Below, piece after piece: positions 18,870 to 27,763 of a DNA stretch of 64,000 nt (its first letter is position 1; every line of letters begins with the position of its first letter). The stretch is taken from positions 36,466 to 100,465 of the forward strand of contig CANKYV010000002.1 of assembly GCA_947487955.1 (NCBI GenBank), written 5' to 3'. This DNA comes from Alphaproteobacteria bacterium. GTDB lineage: Bacteria; Pseudomonadota; Alphaproteobacteria; Paracaedibacterales; CAITNM01. Position numbers and translations under genes: made by a program. The notes under the pieces were generated by a model. The model searched no databases. It saw only the letters and a list, made by a program, of their open reading frames with translations, and was not told where the DNA came from.

Positions 18870-19855
18870 CCCCGGCCCCTTACTAATGCAACAAATCTTT
18901 CAACATGAGATATTGGTGTCTTCGGAAGAATCCCGTGACCTAAATTAACAATAAATGGTCGATCTTTTGCAAATTCCAAAATAGCTAAAACGTCCGCTTC
19001 AAAATTACCATCCAAAAGCTTCTCGGGATCCAAGTTTCCCTGTAAACAAGTGGCCGTGTCGCTAAAGTCAGAAAGACTTGCTTCCTGGCTTATACCAAAA
19101 CCAACACCTAAATGATCCAAGGCCCCCAAAGCCTCCAGCGCAACACCCTTGCCATAATAAATAATATTAGCTTCCGGTACCCCCCTTCGAATGCGCTGAA
19201 CAATTTTCTCTGCGGGGTCAAACAGCCACTCTCGTTGAAAATTTTTTGGAACCGCTGCTGCCCATGATTCAAAAAGCTGCACAATATTTGCCCCAGCCCT
19301 TAACTGACCCACCGCATGATCAGCAATCACCTCAATAAGCTTGTTCATAAGCGCACTAAAAAATGGCCATGTTTTTACAAAATCAACCAGCCCTTCAAAT
19401 TTTATCGTTTTTCCAGCGCTTATCATGTAAGAGGCTATTGTCCATGGACATCCAACAAAGCCTATTAATGCTTTCTGCGGATCAAGCTCTTTTCTGACAT
19501 CTGCAATGATTCGATAAACAACCTGAATATCATCACGCACAGAAGAGTTGAGAATTTTTTGCCAGTCTGGGTTTTCTAATATGGGACCAACCCCCTCTTT
19601 GAAATGAACCTTCTGACCCAGAAAATGGGGGATAACAAGGATATCGCTAAAAGCAATCGCCGCATCAAAATCAAATCGTTGAATTGGCTGAAGGGTAGCT
19701 TGAACAGCCATTTCTTGGTTCAAGCAAAATTCCATAAAACTAGGAAATCTCTCTCTTAAGGTCCTGTATTCAGGAAGATAGCGACCCGCTTGTCGCATCA
19801 TCCAGATGGGCTTTATGTTTTCAACATGACCGCTTAGGGTTCGTACTAACTTCAT
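18866..19855 (-). CDS. hemE: Uroporphyrinogen decarboxylase
   Basis: 329 aa with the N-terminal signature PIWMMRQAGRYLPEYR and a URO-D family pattern throughout. Confidence 0.9.
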   Translation of the reverse strand: MKLVRTLSGHVENIKPIWMMRQAGRYLPEYRTLRERFPSFMEFCLNQEMAVQATLQPIQRFDFDAAIAFSDILVIPHFLGQKVHFKEGVGPILENPDWQKILNSSVRDDIQVVYRIIADVRKELDPQKALIGFVGCPWTIASYMISAGKTIKFEGLVDFVKTWPFFSALMNKLIEVIADHAVGQLRAGANIVQLFESWAAAVPKNFQREWLFDPAEKIVQRIRRGVPEANIIYYGKGVALEALGALDHLGVGFGISQEASLSDFSDTATCLQGNLDPEKLLDGNFEADVLAILEFAKDRPFIVNLGHGILPKTPISHVERFVALVRGRG

Positions 19856-20230
19856 ATAAAATAATATATATATTTAAAAGGTTTTAGTATTGGTAATAGG
19901 GCTTGTGTAAAAGTCTAATCCCAAGAATGTCCCCATCTTATCCACAAGATTTTCCATTTGTATAGGGGGGAATTGCCAAGTGTGGTGCGGTTATCTAAAA
20001 TTTTTTCAAATCTGGGGATAATTTTTGTTTGTGTGTTTATAATCGGTGTATAAGTTTCTAATTTTGGTGAGTAAGTGTGTGTTTATGCACAGGCACCATT
20101 TTTCCCACAATTAGTTGTTCACCACTTGTGTGTTTTTCCACAGCCTTGTGCACAGAAATTTTTTAATTTGTAAAAACCATATCAAAGTATTACGTGTGTA
20201 ATAAATTATTTAATGTTGATGTAAAATTTT
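19856..20230. other. oriC: Candidate chromosomal replication origin (oriC): DnaA-box cluster plus AT-rich tract next to hemE
   Basis: Matches to TTATNCACA are: TTATCCACA 19938-19946 (perfect), TGGGGATAA 20013-20021 (inverted, 1 mismatch), TTATGCACA 20083-20091 (perfect), TTTCCCACA 20101-20109 (2 mismatches), TTTTCCACA 20134-20142 (1 mismatch) and TTGTGCACA 20146-20154 (1 mismatch). An AT-rich run (TAAAATAATATATATATTTAAAA) lies at 19856-19880. hemE adjacency is the conserved origin position in alphaproteobacteria. Confidence 0.65.
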
Positions 20231-20995
20231 ATGAATAAATGCTTATGCAGTTTTTTTGCTGTTTTAGTGGTGGTGTTATTTGATACGCAAAGAGTTTTTG
20301 CGACAGCAAGTGATATTTTGGGGGCGACATATACCAATGAAACAATAGAAGACCCAGAAAAAATAATGAATTTTAAGGCTCCTTATGGAAGCATTCCTCC
20401 TATCTCAGAGTTGTTTGTTCATCCGCAGCTTCCTGAGGAAACAATAGTTCTTCCGAATGGGGGAAAAGCAATATGCGGTCGTGCTTGTGATATTGAAACT
20501 AATGGAATGAAAGTTGAATCATTTGGAATGGGAGAGAGAAGGGTTGTTCAGGAAAAAGAAGAGCTTTTATATACCTTTGGTATATGTGATTGTATCGGTA
20601 TTTCTATATGGGATCCACAAAGTAAAACGGCTGGCTTGTATCATGCCTCTAAAATGGAACTTCGTGAAAATAATTTTTTATTTCAAGAAAACATTTCAGA
20701 AATTATGAAATTTTTTCCGGCTAATACTTCTTGTTTAGAGGTAAATTTGGCCAGTTGTTATTGGTCAAACGATTTATCTGAGGTTATAGACTTGCTGCAA
20801 GCAAGGAATTTTAGAATTTCGGGTCTTTTTTCTCCTGATGTTTTATTAGAAAGCACAGAGCACGGAAGAAAAATATATGTTAATAAAGAAACCACACCAT
20901 TATCATACTTTCAAAAGACATGTTGTAGCTTGATAGTAGCCCTCAACAGCAGTACTGGGGAGATAGGAATTTACCCTAGTTGGTTAAACAATTAA
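20231..20995 (+). CDS. Hypothetical secreted protein with a conserved-looking Cys/His pair
   Basis: 254 aa with a signal peptide (CSFFAVLVVVLFDTQRVFA). The core FGICDCIGISIWDPQSKTAGLYHAS loosely resembles CheD-type or other Cys-His hydrolase cores. No confident family assignment. Confidence 0.5.
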   Translation: MNKCLCSFFAVLVVVLFDTQRVFATASDILGATYTNETIEDPEKIMNFKAPYGSIPPISELFVHPQLPEETIVLPNGGKAICGRACDIETNGMKVESFGMGERRVVQEKEELLYTFGICDCIGISIWDPQSKTAGLYHASKMELRENNFLFQENISEIMKFFPANTSCLEVNLASCYWSNDLSEVIDLLQARNFRISGLFSPDVLLESTEHGRKIYVNKETTPLSYFQKTCCSLIVALNSSTGEIGIYPSWLNN

Positions 20996-22397
20996 TGAAG
21001 TTTCGGTAAGGTGTCTGTGGTAAACAGGTGGGTAGATAAGCATCAATAAACCCAATTTTGTTAAGCTCTAGTTGGTGAATAATTCTGCCATAAGCATCAA
21101 TTACTGCACTTATTCCATTATTAGCTACGCGTATTAGGGGTAATCCTTCCTCTATGGCTCGTACTTGCACTATTTTAAGGTGCTGATAGGGGCCGCTAGT
21201 TATTCCATACCATGCGTCATTCGTAATGTTCAAAAGCCACTGAGGACGATCAACGGGGGCAATAACTGCACCGCTAAAAATAGCTTCATAGCATATAAGG
21301 GGGCTGAAAGGTGGAACGCCTTTCACGTGTATTGTTTTTGGTCCTGAACCTGGAGAATAATCAAGTTTTCCACTGGTAAGCTTAGGAAGGGGATTAAGAG
21401 AGCTTAGGGGTATATATTCTCCAAAAGGTACTAAGTGAAATTTGTCAAAGGTTGCATGAATTACACCAGATTGATCAAGCACTTGAAGGCTGGAAAAGGC
21501 TTTTTCTGGATTGTGTTCTCGCCTGGGAGCTCCTGTTATTAAATATCCATGTTCAATAAAGCTTCCAATATGTACTGAAAAGTCAGCATGTGCATCAAGT
21601 GGAATAATTACAGCAGCTTCTGGCCAAATAGTTATTTGAATGGGTTTTTCTGCTTTTGCACTAGTTAGAACTTCTAAAATTGATAAATTTTTTTCAAAAA
21701 AATTAATATCCCATTTTTCTTGTTGATCAATGGAGGGTTGAACTAGTCGTAAGCAAATATCGGTGTGTTTTTGGGGGGATTTTAACCGTTGATTTCCCTC
21801 GATCCAAAGTCCTAATAAAGCTCCAAAAATGCATATTCCAAGCCACTTTTGTTTTGTATATAAAACAGTTGCTGCAGCAGTTGTTAAAAACGACAAACCA
21901 AAAATTCCAAAAAATCGAGTGCTTTGCAAAAGCGGCAAATCCCAAACGTAACCATTTAAATTCCAGGGAAATCCTGTAAACAAAAAGCTTCTAGCTATTT
22001 CGCTTGTACACCAACCAAGACAAAATACCCACGCAAATGCTGTCGGATTTTTCCTGAAAAAGAAGCTCGGTGTAATAAATATAGTGGGAAATATACCAAT
22101 TATTATTGGCATGCCTATTAATCCAATAGGTACAATCTCTGGAATGCCATAAACTTTAAATGCCCATGCCACCCAATAAAGCTGGGCGAGAAAAAAAAAG
22201 AAAAAAAAGATAAACGTTCGCTTAAAAAAGTGATAAAAGTTTACCTGTGCTTGAAGATACGTAAGAAGCATATAAACAGAAAAAAACAAAGCAACAGGCT
22301 GATTAAATGGCGAAAATGCAATCCCGCCTATAATTGCGAAAAATATCAGCATTTTTAAATTAATTGGAGAGTATTTTAATGTTTTATTCATCATCAA
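20976..22397 (-). CDS. lnt: Apolipoprotein N-acyltransferase
   Basis: 473 aa with a multi-TM N-terminal half and a C-terminal nitrilase-like domain containing the catalytic-Cys motif PLICYEAIF. Confidence 0.85.
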   Translation of the reverse strand: MMMNKTLKYSPINLKMLIFFAIIGGIAFSPFNQPVALFFSVYMLLTYLQAQVNFYHFFKRTFIFFFFFFLAQLYWVAWAFKVYGIPEIVPIGLIGMPIIIGIFPTIFITPSFFFRKNPTAFAWVFCLGWCTSEIARSFLFTGFPWNLNGYVWDLPLLQSTRFFGIFGLSFLTTAAATVLYTKQKWLGICIFGALLGLWIEGNQRLKSPQKHTDICLRLVQPSIDQQEKWDINFFEKNLSILEVLTSAKAEKPIQITIWPEAAVIIPLDAHADFSVHIGSFIEHGYLITGAPRREHNPEKAFSSLQVLDQSGVIHATFDKFHLVPFGEYIPLSSLNPLPKLTSGKLDYSPGSGPKTIHVKGVPPFSPLICYEAIFSGAVIAPVDRPQWLLNITNDAWYGITSGPYQHLKIVQVRAIEEGLPLIRVANNGISAVIDAYGRIIHQLELNKIGFIDAYLPTCLPQTPYRNFINCLTN

Positions 22398-22440
22398 GTG
22401 ATATTATCTGGAAACGTGTTTCTCTAAAGAGGAATTAAAA

Positions 22441-23034
22441 ATGCAAAAACTGTTACATGTTATCTCTTTTATTTGTTTGTGTATATTCCCAGTTGGTGGA
22501 TCTGAGGTCTGTGCGAACACAGAAGTTGGTGAAGGGACTGCAATTAGTTTCATTAATAAAATGGTTAATGAGGCGCTTGATATTGTTAATAACAATGGTG
22601 CTTCTGAAAACGAAAAACGTAAAAAACTAAGTGAATGTATCAACAAGTACTTAGACATTGACCGTATAACAAAAGCCGTTTTTTCTCAAATGGGATATAA
22701 AGATTTATCAGAAGAAGATAAGCAAAAAGTAAAAAACTATCTAAAAAAATATCTACTTCGTTTTTATGCTGGAGAAGGAAAATTGTCAGCAATGATGAAC
22801 GCAAAGCTTTCGGGTGAGGTGGTCGCTGAAAAAAAAGATGATATAGATTTTTCAGTCACAACACAATTTGAAAAAAATTCGTCCCCGGCCCTTAAAATTA
22901 TTTGGGTAACAGATGGTAAAAAAGTTTATTACGTCGAAATAGAGGGTATAAACCAAATTATAACGTTAAGATCAGAAATGCAAACAGCAGTTGGATCTGG
23001 CACATTAATGGAATATATTAATAAGCAAAACTAA
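22441..23034 (+). CDS. MlaC/Ttg2D-like periplasmic phospholipid-binding protein
   Basis: 197 aa with a signal peptide. The pattern LDIDRITKAVFSQMGYKDLSEEDKQKVKNYLKKYLLRFYAG ... KVYYVEIEGINQIITLRSE is typical of the MlaC (toluene tolerance) family. Confidence 0.55.
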   Translation: MQKLLHVISFICLCIFPVGGSEVCANTEVGEGTAISFINKMVNEALDIVNNNGASENEKRKKLSECINKYLDIDRITKAVFSQMGYKDLSEEDKQKVKNYLKKYLLRFYAGEGKLSAMMNAKLSGEVVAEKKDDIDFSVTTQFEKNSSPALKIIWVTDGKKVYYVEIEGINQIITLRSEMQTAVGSGTLMEYINKQN

Positions 23035-23047
23035 TTAGCATGTTTGT

Positions 23048-23329
23048 ATGAAGAGAAATTTATTTGGTATTGATACTGAACCCTCAAAAAAGGAACCAGC
23101 AAAAGAAAAATCAAAATCTACTTTTCCTGATCTTTCTTTAATCAAGGGTTTACAAAAGCAAGAAGCAACATCAGAATCTGTTTTTTGGCACAGGATTTTA
23201 CTTAATAAATCTATCCGTCAGCAAAAGCCTATTCAATTTTTGCAAATTTTATCAAACGAAATTGCCCTGAAAAAAGGAAAAAAAGATTCATATTTGGCAA
23301 TTTTAGATAGTTTAAAACGAGGCACCTAA
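23048..23329 (+). CDS. Hypothetical protein
   Basis: A 93-aa lysine-rich ORF. I recognised no family. Confidence 0.3.
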   Translation: MKRNLFGIDTEPSKKEPAKEKSKSTFPDLSLIKGLQKQEATSESVFWHRILLNKSIRQQKPIQFLQILSNEIALKKGKKDSYLAILDSLKRGT

Positions 23330-23823
23330 AGAATAGGTTTTTCTGAGTTTGCTACTAAATCTTTACTTCTGAGAACTTTTTTCAAAATTTTAGAATCAAG
23401 ATTTTTTTGATTAATTATTATTTTTTTTTCTTTTTTTTCAGATTTTTTTAATGATTTTCTTTTTGGTTCAGAAGAGAGAAGTGCTATAGAATTTGCCACA
23501 ACAATTTCTGATGTCTTAGTTTTTATCTCTGGATCGATGCTATTTTTTAACCAACTAACGTGCTCAGCATGTTGCATACACTGTTGAGTAATGTTCGGAA
23601 TATTTTTCATAGTACTACTGTGTAAAAGTTCTTCCAAATTCTTTCGCATTAAAGAAAGCGCAATTTGAGCCACTTTCTTCATATCCACATTTTTTAACTG
23701 CTTACTGATTTCTTCAGTTTTTTCAATAGAAGTCTTACAACGAAATGCGGCTTCCGCAGAAGACATAGCATTGTATTTTTGAAAACATATAAAAAGTGCA
23801 ATAACTACTAGTCTGATTATCAT
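23326..23823 (-). CDS. Hypothetical secreted or membrane-anchored protein
   Basis: 165 aa with an N-terminal hydrophobic segment (IIRLVVIALFICF) and a lysine-rich C-terminus. It lies immediately downstream of the hemY-like gene on the same strand. Confidence 0.4.
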   Translation of the reverse strand: MIIRLVVIALFICFQKYNAMSSAEAAFRCKTSIEKTEEISKQLKNVDMKKVAQIALSLMRKNLEELLHSSTMKNIPNITQQCMQHAEHVSWLKNSIDPEIKTKTSEIVVANSIALLSSEPKRKSLKKSEKKEKKIIINQKNLDSKILKKVLRSKDLVANSEKPIL

Positions 23824-23824
23824 T

Positions 23825-25171
23825 TTAAACGACCTGACAAATCCGCATAACTTCTACATCTCCTTTAACATGCCGTTGAAGAGAGGAAGTTTCTTGCCAG
23901 CGAACTTGATCTACTGAAGAGCAGTTACCGCACACAAGCTGCCATTTATCAAAATGATGATGACACTCATTACATTGCCATTCATAGTCAGAAGAGGTTT
24001 GTGATGCTCTATGCCACCATTCACGTGCTAAATCAAACTGAGCTGGATGCTGAAGTTCCATTAGCTCAGCCATAAGATTACAACTGGTTCTGTTGTATCC
24101 ATGGCTTAGTAAGTTATCCAGGTGCTCTTTAGCTTGTCCCCATAATTGTGCACGCATAGCGCTGGAGGCTAGGCAAAATTGACTTTCTGGATGATTTTCT
24201 TGAGTTGCTACAAGCTTTTCCATTGTACGATAACGATCAATGGCTTCCATCTCATGAAATACAGAATCCCATAAGATGCCTAAAGAACGATGTGGATATT
24301 GCTTAAAAGCATCAATTAGTAATTTTTGTGCTTTTGAAAAATATTCATGCTGAATATAATATTCTACCAACTGCTGAACATTCGCTGTCCAATCGGGAGC
24401 AAGTTCAAATATTTTTAAGTGTAATTTTTCTTTTTCACCATTGGTTAAAAAATTTACATTTTGCAATTTGAGCCAGTTTAACATTGCCAAGTGACGAGAC
24501 CACTTTGTTTTGGAAACATACTTTGCCAGTTTATTTTTTTCTGTTTTGGGGAATACCCCCTTTTGAGCGAGGTAAACTGTGTTTAAAAAGTATTCATCTT
24601 GAAGCCAGGGAGAATCTGGCCTAATAGCAAGTGCTTTAATAATATATTCTTGAGCAAGTTTGTAGTCTTCTCTGTTTTTTGCTTGAAAAATTAATCCTCG
24701 AAGACCAAGAAAGCTTGTGCGCCTTTCCTTTTGCATAGACATGTACTGTCTGGTTGCAGCTTCTTCCTCTCCCGTCATATGTGATGCTTGAGCAGCAATA
24801 AATTGAGACAAAGGATTATCGGGTAAAAGTTCACAAGCAACCGTGATTATTTCTTTTGCTTCTTGATTTTGACCAGCGGCAATTGCACTAAGCCCATCAA
24901 TTAATAAATTGTTGCCTTTCAGAGTGCGTTTTCTTTGGAGGTGCGCTAAGTAATTTTGTGGAAGATTCCACAACCATTTCCATAAATTATAAAATGAAGT
25001 GATAATCGCAAAAAAAATCGATAAACAAGCTAAAAATAATCCTATTGGTAATGAAACAGAATAATTAAACCAGTCAAACCTTACTTCACCTGGGTAACTT
25101 ATAATCAATATACTGATGATACAAAGTACACTAAGAGCAATAAAAAATCGAAGACCTTTGATAAGTGCCAT
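23825..25171 (-). CDS. hemY: HemY-like TPR membrane protein (HemY_N family) with C-terminal zinc ribbon
   Basis: 448 aa with two N-terminal TM helices, TPR-like repeats and a C-terminal WQCNECHHHFDKWQLVCGNCSSVDQVRW, as in alphaproteobacterial HemY homologues. Confidence 0.7.
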   Translation of the reverse strand: MALIKGLRFFIALSVLCIISILIISYPGEVRFDWFNYSVSLPIGLFLACLSIFFAIITSFYNLWKWLWNLPQNYLAHLQRKRTLKGNNLLIDGLSAIAAGQNQEAKEIITVACELLPDNPLSQFIAAQASHMTGEEEAATRQYMSMQKERRTSFLGLRGLIFQAKNREDYKLAQEYIIKALAIRPDSPWLQDEYFLNTVYLAQKGVFPKTEKNKLAKYVSKTKWSRHLAMLNWLKLQNVNFLTNGEKEKLHLKIFELAPDWTANVQQLVEYYIQHEYFSKAQKLLIDAFKQYPHRSLGILWDSVFHEMEAIDRYRTMEKLVATQENHPESQFCLASSAMRAQLWGQAKEHLDNLLSHGYNRTSCNLMAELMELQHPAQFDLAREWWHRASQTSSDYEWQCNECHHHFDKWQLVCGNCSSVDQVRWQETSSLQRHVKGDVEVMRICQVV

Positions 25172-26088
25172 TAAGGAAGATTCTCCTGTGATTTTTCTGT
25201 AAAAGGTGATTCATTTTCCAGAGGTATTTGCTGAATCCAATTTTGTACTTTTTCAGCAAATGCAGAATACTCTTCTTCCAATAATATACGTTCTGCAACA
25301 CGCTGAGCCCATAATTGAATTACCTGCAGTTGAAGATGTTTTGTAAAAGAATATGCTAGTTTTAAATCCTGTGCTTCAAGAGCCTCTGTTATTGACTGAA
25401 ATGGGCTTTCATCAATCTGGTTTACTTTTTCAATTTTAATATTACCATGAAAAATCTTAGCAACTTTTTCTAGCCACTTTGGAAGAGTACTTTTTGTTTT
25501 GGCAGCTATGTAGCCTTTTTGAATATCTTCAAAAGATTTTTTAAGTTGCATAAAAGTTAGTGGAAGTTTTGACGAAAATTGTTGTAAAGACTGATATCCT
25601 GAAAAAGAAGAACATTCTTTAGGAAGACTAGTAAGTAGTCCGGAATAGGGCTCATTTAATCGAATTTTTTCACCAATACGATCAATTGTATCTAGGGTCG
25701 TTTTCTTAATGGCATTAATTGGAGATACATTGCCTTGCTGAACAGTTGCTGTTAGTAAAATTGATGATTTAACAAATTTTGCGTGTTGAATTTGCAGCGC
25801 CACAAATCGTTTATTCAATTCATTAAACCGTTGTTCAATATTCTTGATGTGAATTGCGTGCTGTTTATGAAGTTCAAAATTTTTTTTATCAATCAGTGTT
25901 GAGGTTTGTAAGACTGGCTTTTGATTTACCAGTACCAAGAAAACGATAAAAATAGGAATAATTTGTACCAAAAGTAACGTTGGCCAATATGTCTTTATTG
26001 CTTGAATATTCTTACAAAGTAATTCTTTGAATATGCTCATATCAAGCTTCAGCTTAGGTATTTTCTTAGTTTGTTGCAGCATCAACAT
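25171..26088 (-). CDS. HemX / alphaproteobacterial Mic60 (mitofilin)-like membrane protein
   Basis: 305 aa with one N-terminal TM (WPTLLLVQIIPIFIVFLVLV), a coiled-coil middle and the C-terminal segment ITEALEAQDLKLAYSFTKHLQLQVIQLWAQRVAERILLEEE, which resembles the mitofilin-domain pattern. It lies immediately upstream of hemY, the conserved alpha-Mic60 position. Confidence 0.45.
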   Translation of the reverse strand: MLMLQQTKKIPKLKLDMSIFKELLCKNIQAIKTYWPTLLLVQIIPIFIVFLVLVNQKPVLQTSTLIDKKNFELHKQHAIHIKNIEQRFNELNKRFVALQIQHAKFVKSSILLTATVQQGNVSPINAIKKTTLDTIDRIGEKIRLNEPYSGLLTSLPKECSSFSGYQSLQQFSSKLPLTFMQLKKSFEDIQKGYIAAKTKSTLPKWLEKVAKIFHGNIKIEKVNQIDESPFQSITEALEAQDLKLAYSFTKHLQLQVIQLWAQRVAERILLEEEYSAFAEKVQNWIQQIPLENESPFTEKSQENLP

Positions 26089-26887
26089 GAACCTGATCTA
26101 CATGTAAATGGGCAGGAATTTTAGCTGCACTTTTGAAAGTTAGCTCTTCTCCTGATTCTAGTAAATCTTGTTTCCATTTGTAAGGCCAAACACGAATTTG
26201 ACAAAGTCCTTGTTCATTGGGTGACTGATCTTGCTGACATGTTCCCCACGCTGTTAGCTGAATATTATGCAAAGGAATGGCTAAAAGTCCTGGATTCTTA
26301 ACAACGCCAACTACAATAATTTTTTGGTGCTCTTCATCAATAGGTTTCACATCAAATTGAATATTTTCGATGCTAAATTCTCCTGGTGTACTTGTTTCTC
26401 CCTGGGGCCTCTCTGTTGAAGTCAATAAAGGAGAATTGAACTGCATTGCAACGAGTGCTAAAGCAATGGTTGCACTAAAGATTATAAAACTCCACAAAAC
26501 CACTTGAGAAAGAGTTTTCCATCTTTTTGTTTTTAGTGCATCTTTTGTTTGCAAAGCTGGTTGTTGTGGAAACGGGCGAATATCAGCTCTTGCCGCAAAT
26601 GTGACATCTGGCTCTGCTTGATACGCTTGGTGTGCATAATTTGATGATTGCCTTTGGTACAATAAGGAAATATCTGTTAAATTTCTAAATGGCTGCTCTG
26701 GTGCAGCTGTTTTATATTCTTGCTGATTAGTATTAACTGATTCTTTTTTTAGCTCCCACCATTGTTCATGACAATTAGAACAAGCTAGCTGAATGCCTTG
26801 TCCGCTATTATCTGGAAGGTTGGTATAATTCAAACGACTCACATCGAGCCGATATTGCTTATGGCATCTTGGGCAAGAAACAATCAC
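26066..26887 (-). CDS. MJ0042-type zinc-ribbon protein with TM and DUF3426-like C-terminal domain
   Basis: The N-terminus has CPRCHKQYRL ... CSNCHEQW (a zinc ribbon), followed by a central TM (VVLWSFIIFSATIALALVA) and a beta-rich C-terminal domain. This architecture is common in alphaproteobacteria. Confidence 0.6.
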   Translation of the reverse strand: MIVSCPRCHKQYRLDVSRLNYTNLPDNSGQGIQLACSNCHEQWWELKKESVNTNQQEYKTAAPEQPFRNLTDISLLYQRQSSNYAHQAYQAEPDVTFAARADIRPFPQQPALQTKDALKTKRWKTLSQVVLWSFIIFSATIALALVAMQFNSPLLTSTERPQGETSTPGEFSIENIQFDVKPIDEEHQKIIVVGVVKNPGLLAIPLHNIQLTAWGTCQQDQSPNEQGLCQIRVWPYKWKQDLLESGEELTFKSAAKIPAHLHVDQVHVDAATN

Positions 26888-26942
26888 AATTGTTCATTTT
26901 TTGTAGTATTGGTGCCATTCTAATCGTTTTTACAAAGAGCTG

Positions 26943-27758
26943 CTACTTTAATTTCATTATTTGTTTTTTCCAGATATTAGGCCAGTTACTATCATGCTCA
27001 AAACCATCAATTTCTATAATGATTATCTTGTCAGAATTGATTTTTTGTTTATACATTAAGCCCAAATCAATTGTTGTATTGGTATCGCTTGTGCCTAGAA
27101 AATGGATTTGTGGAATTTTGCTCAAAATGTGCATATTTTCTATAGGATCAAGCGATTCAAAAAGTGGCTCTGCGTTATGATAATGCGTCCAGCTTTTATG
27201 ATCTAAGTTTCCTGCAAACGAAATAATTAGCTGAAGATTTTTTAAATGAGGCGCTAAGAGTAGTGCAACGGAAGCACCACCTGAATAGGCAACAAGCTCA
27301 ATGGTTTCAAAATGAAATTGTTGTTGGCAACTTTTTATTGTTTCTAAAATTGATCCAATAACTTCTGGTGAGTATCTGGCCGTCGTCCAGTATTTAGAAT
27401 TGGGATTTTCACTTTTTATGTAATGATAAGGCCTATTAACCACAATCTTGGTGAGATTTCTATTATCAACACAAGCAAGCCTTAATGCCATAGGGTCGGT
27501 AGGGGTAGAATTTAGCGCTATTTCACCATATTTGTTTAGAACAAGCCCATCACCCTCAAGGTAAATAATCGCATGTTTACTGTTGTGCGCCTGATAAAAA
27601 ATTTGTATGGGGAATATTGAGGTTTGAATAATAGACGCTTGGTAATGATTTTGTGCGGCTAAGTCAAAAGTTTTATTAATACGCATTTGGTCACTGCTAC
27701 AACCTAATAAAAAAAGAGCGGTGAAAATCACCGCCCTTTTTAGTCTTATTAAGTACAC
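26943..27758 (-). CDS. Lipoprotein, alpha/beta-hydrolase fold
   Basis: 271 aa with a lipobox (FTALFLLGCSS) and a nucleophile-elbow-like motif (LVAYSGGASVAL). Confidence 0.5.
   Translation of the reverse strand: MYLIRLKRAVIFTALFLLGCSSDQMRINKTFDLAAQNHYQASIIQTSIFPIQIFYQAHNSKHAIIYLEGDGLVLNKYGEIALNSTPTDPMALRLACVDNRNLTKIVVNRPYHYIKSENPNSKYWTTARYSPEVIGSILETIKSCQQQFHFETIELVAYSGGASVALLLAPHLKNLQLIISFAGNLDHKSWTHYHNAEPLFESLDPIENMHILSKIPQIHFLGTSDTNTTIDLGLMYKQKINSDKIIIIEIDGFEHDSNWPNIWKKQIMKLK
27709..27736 (-). terminator. Rho-independent terminator downstream of the outer-membrane protein gene
   Basis: On the minus strand the sequence is GGGCGGTGA-TTT-TCACCGCTC followed by a T-run, giving a 7-bp perfect GC-rich stem. 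It lies just after the stop of the 27764..28945 gene and overlaps the signal-peptide codons of the next gene. Confidence 0.55.
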
Positions 27759-27763
27759 TTCTA

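Noticed and set aside
19856-20230. CtrA-binding sites (TTAA-N7-TTAA) within the candidate origin
   Set aside because: Only imperfect candidates were seen, such as TTAAAAGGTTTTAGT near 19876 and TTAATGTTGATGTAA near 20208. There is no full match, so no CtrA site is claimed.
26869-27180. A 103-aa plus-strand ORF overlapping the zinc-ribbon gene start and the hydrolase gene end
   Set aside because: It overlaps two better-supported minus-strand genes and has the hydrophobic low-complexity composition typical of AT-rich antisense frames.
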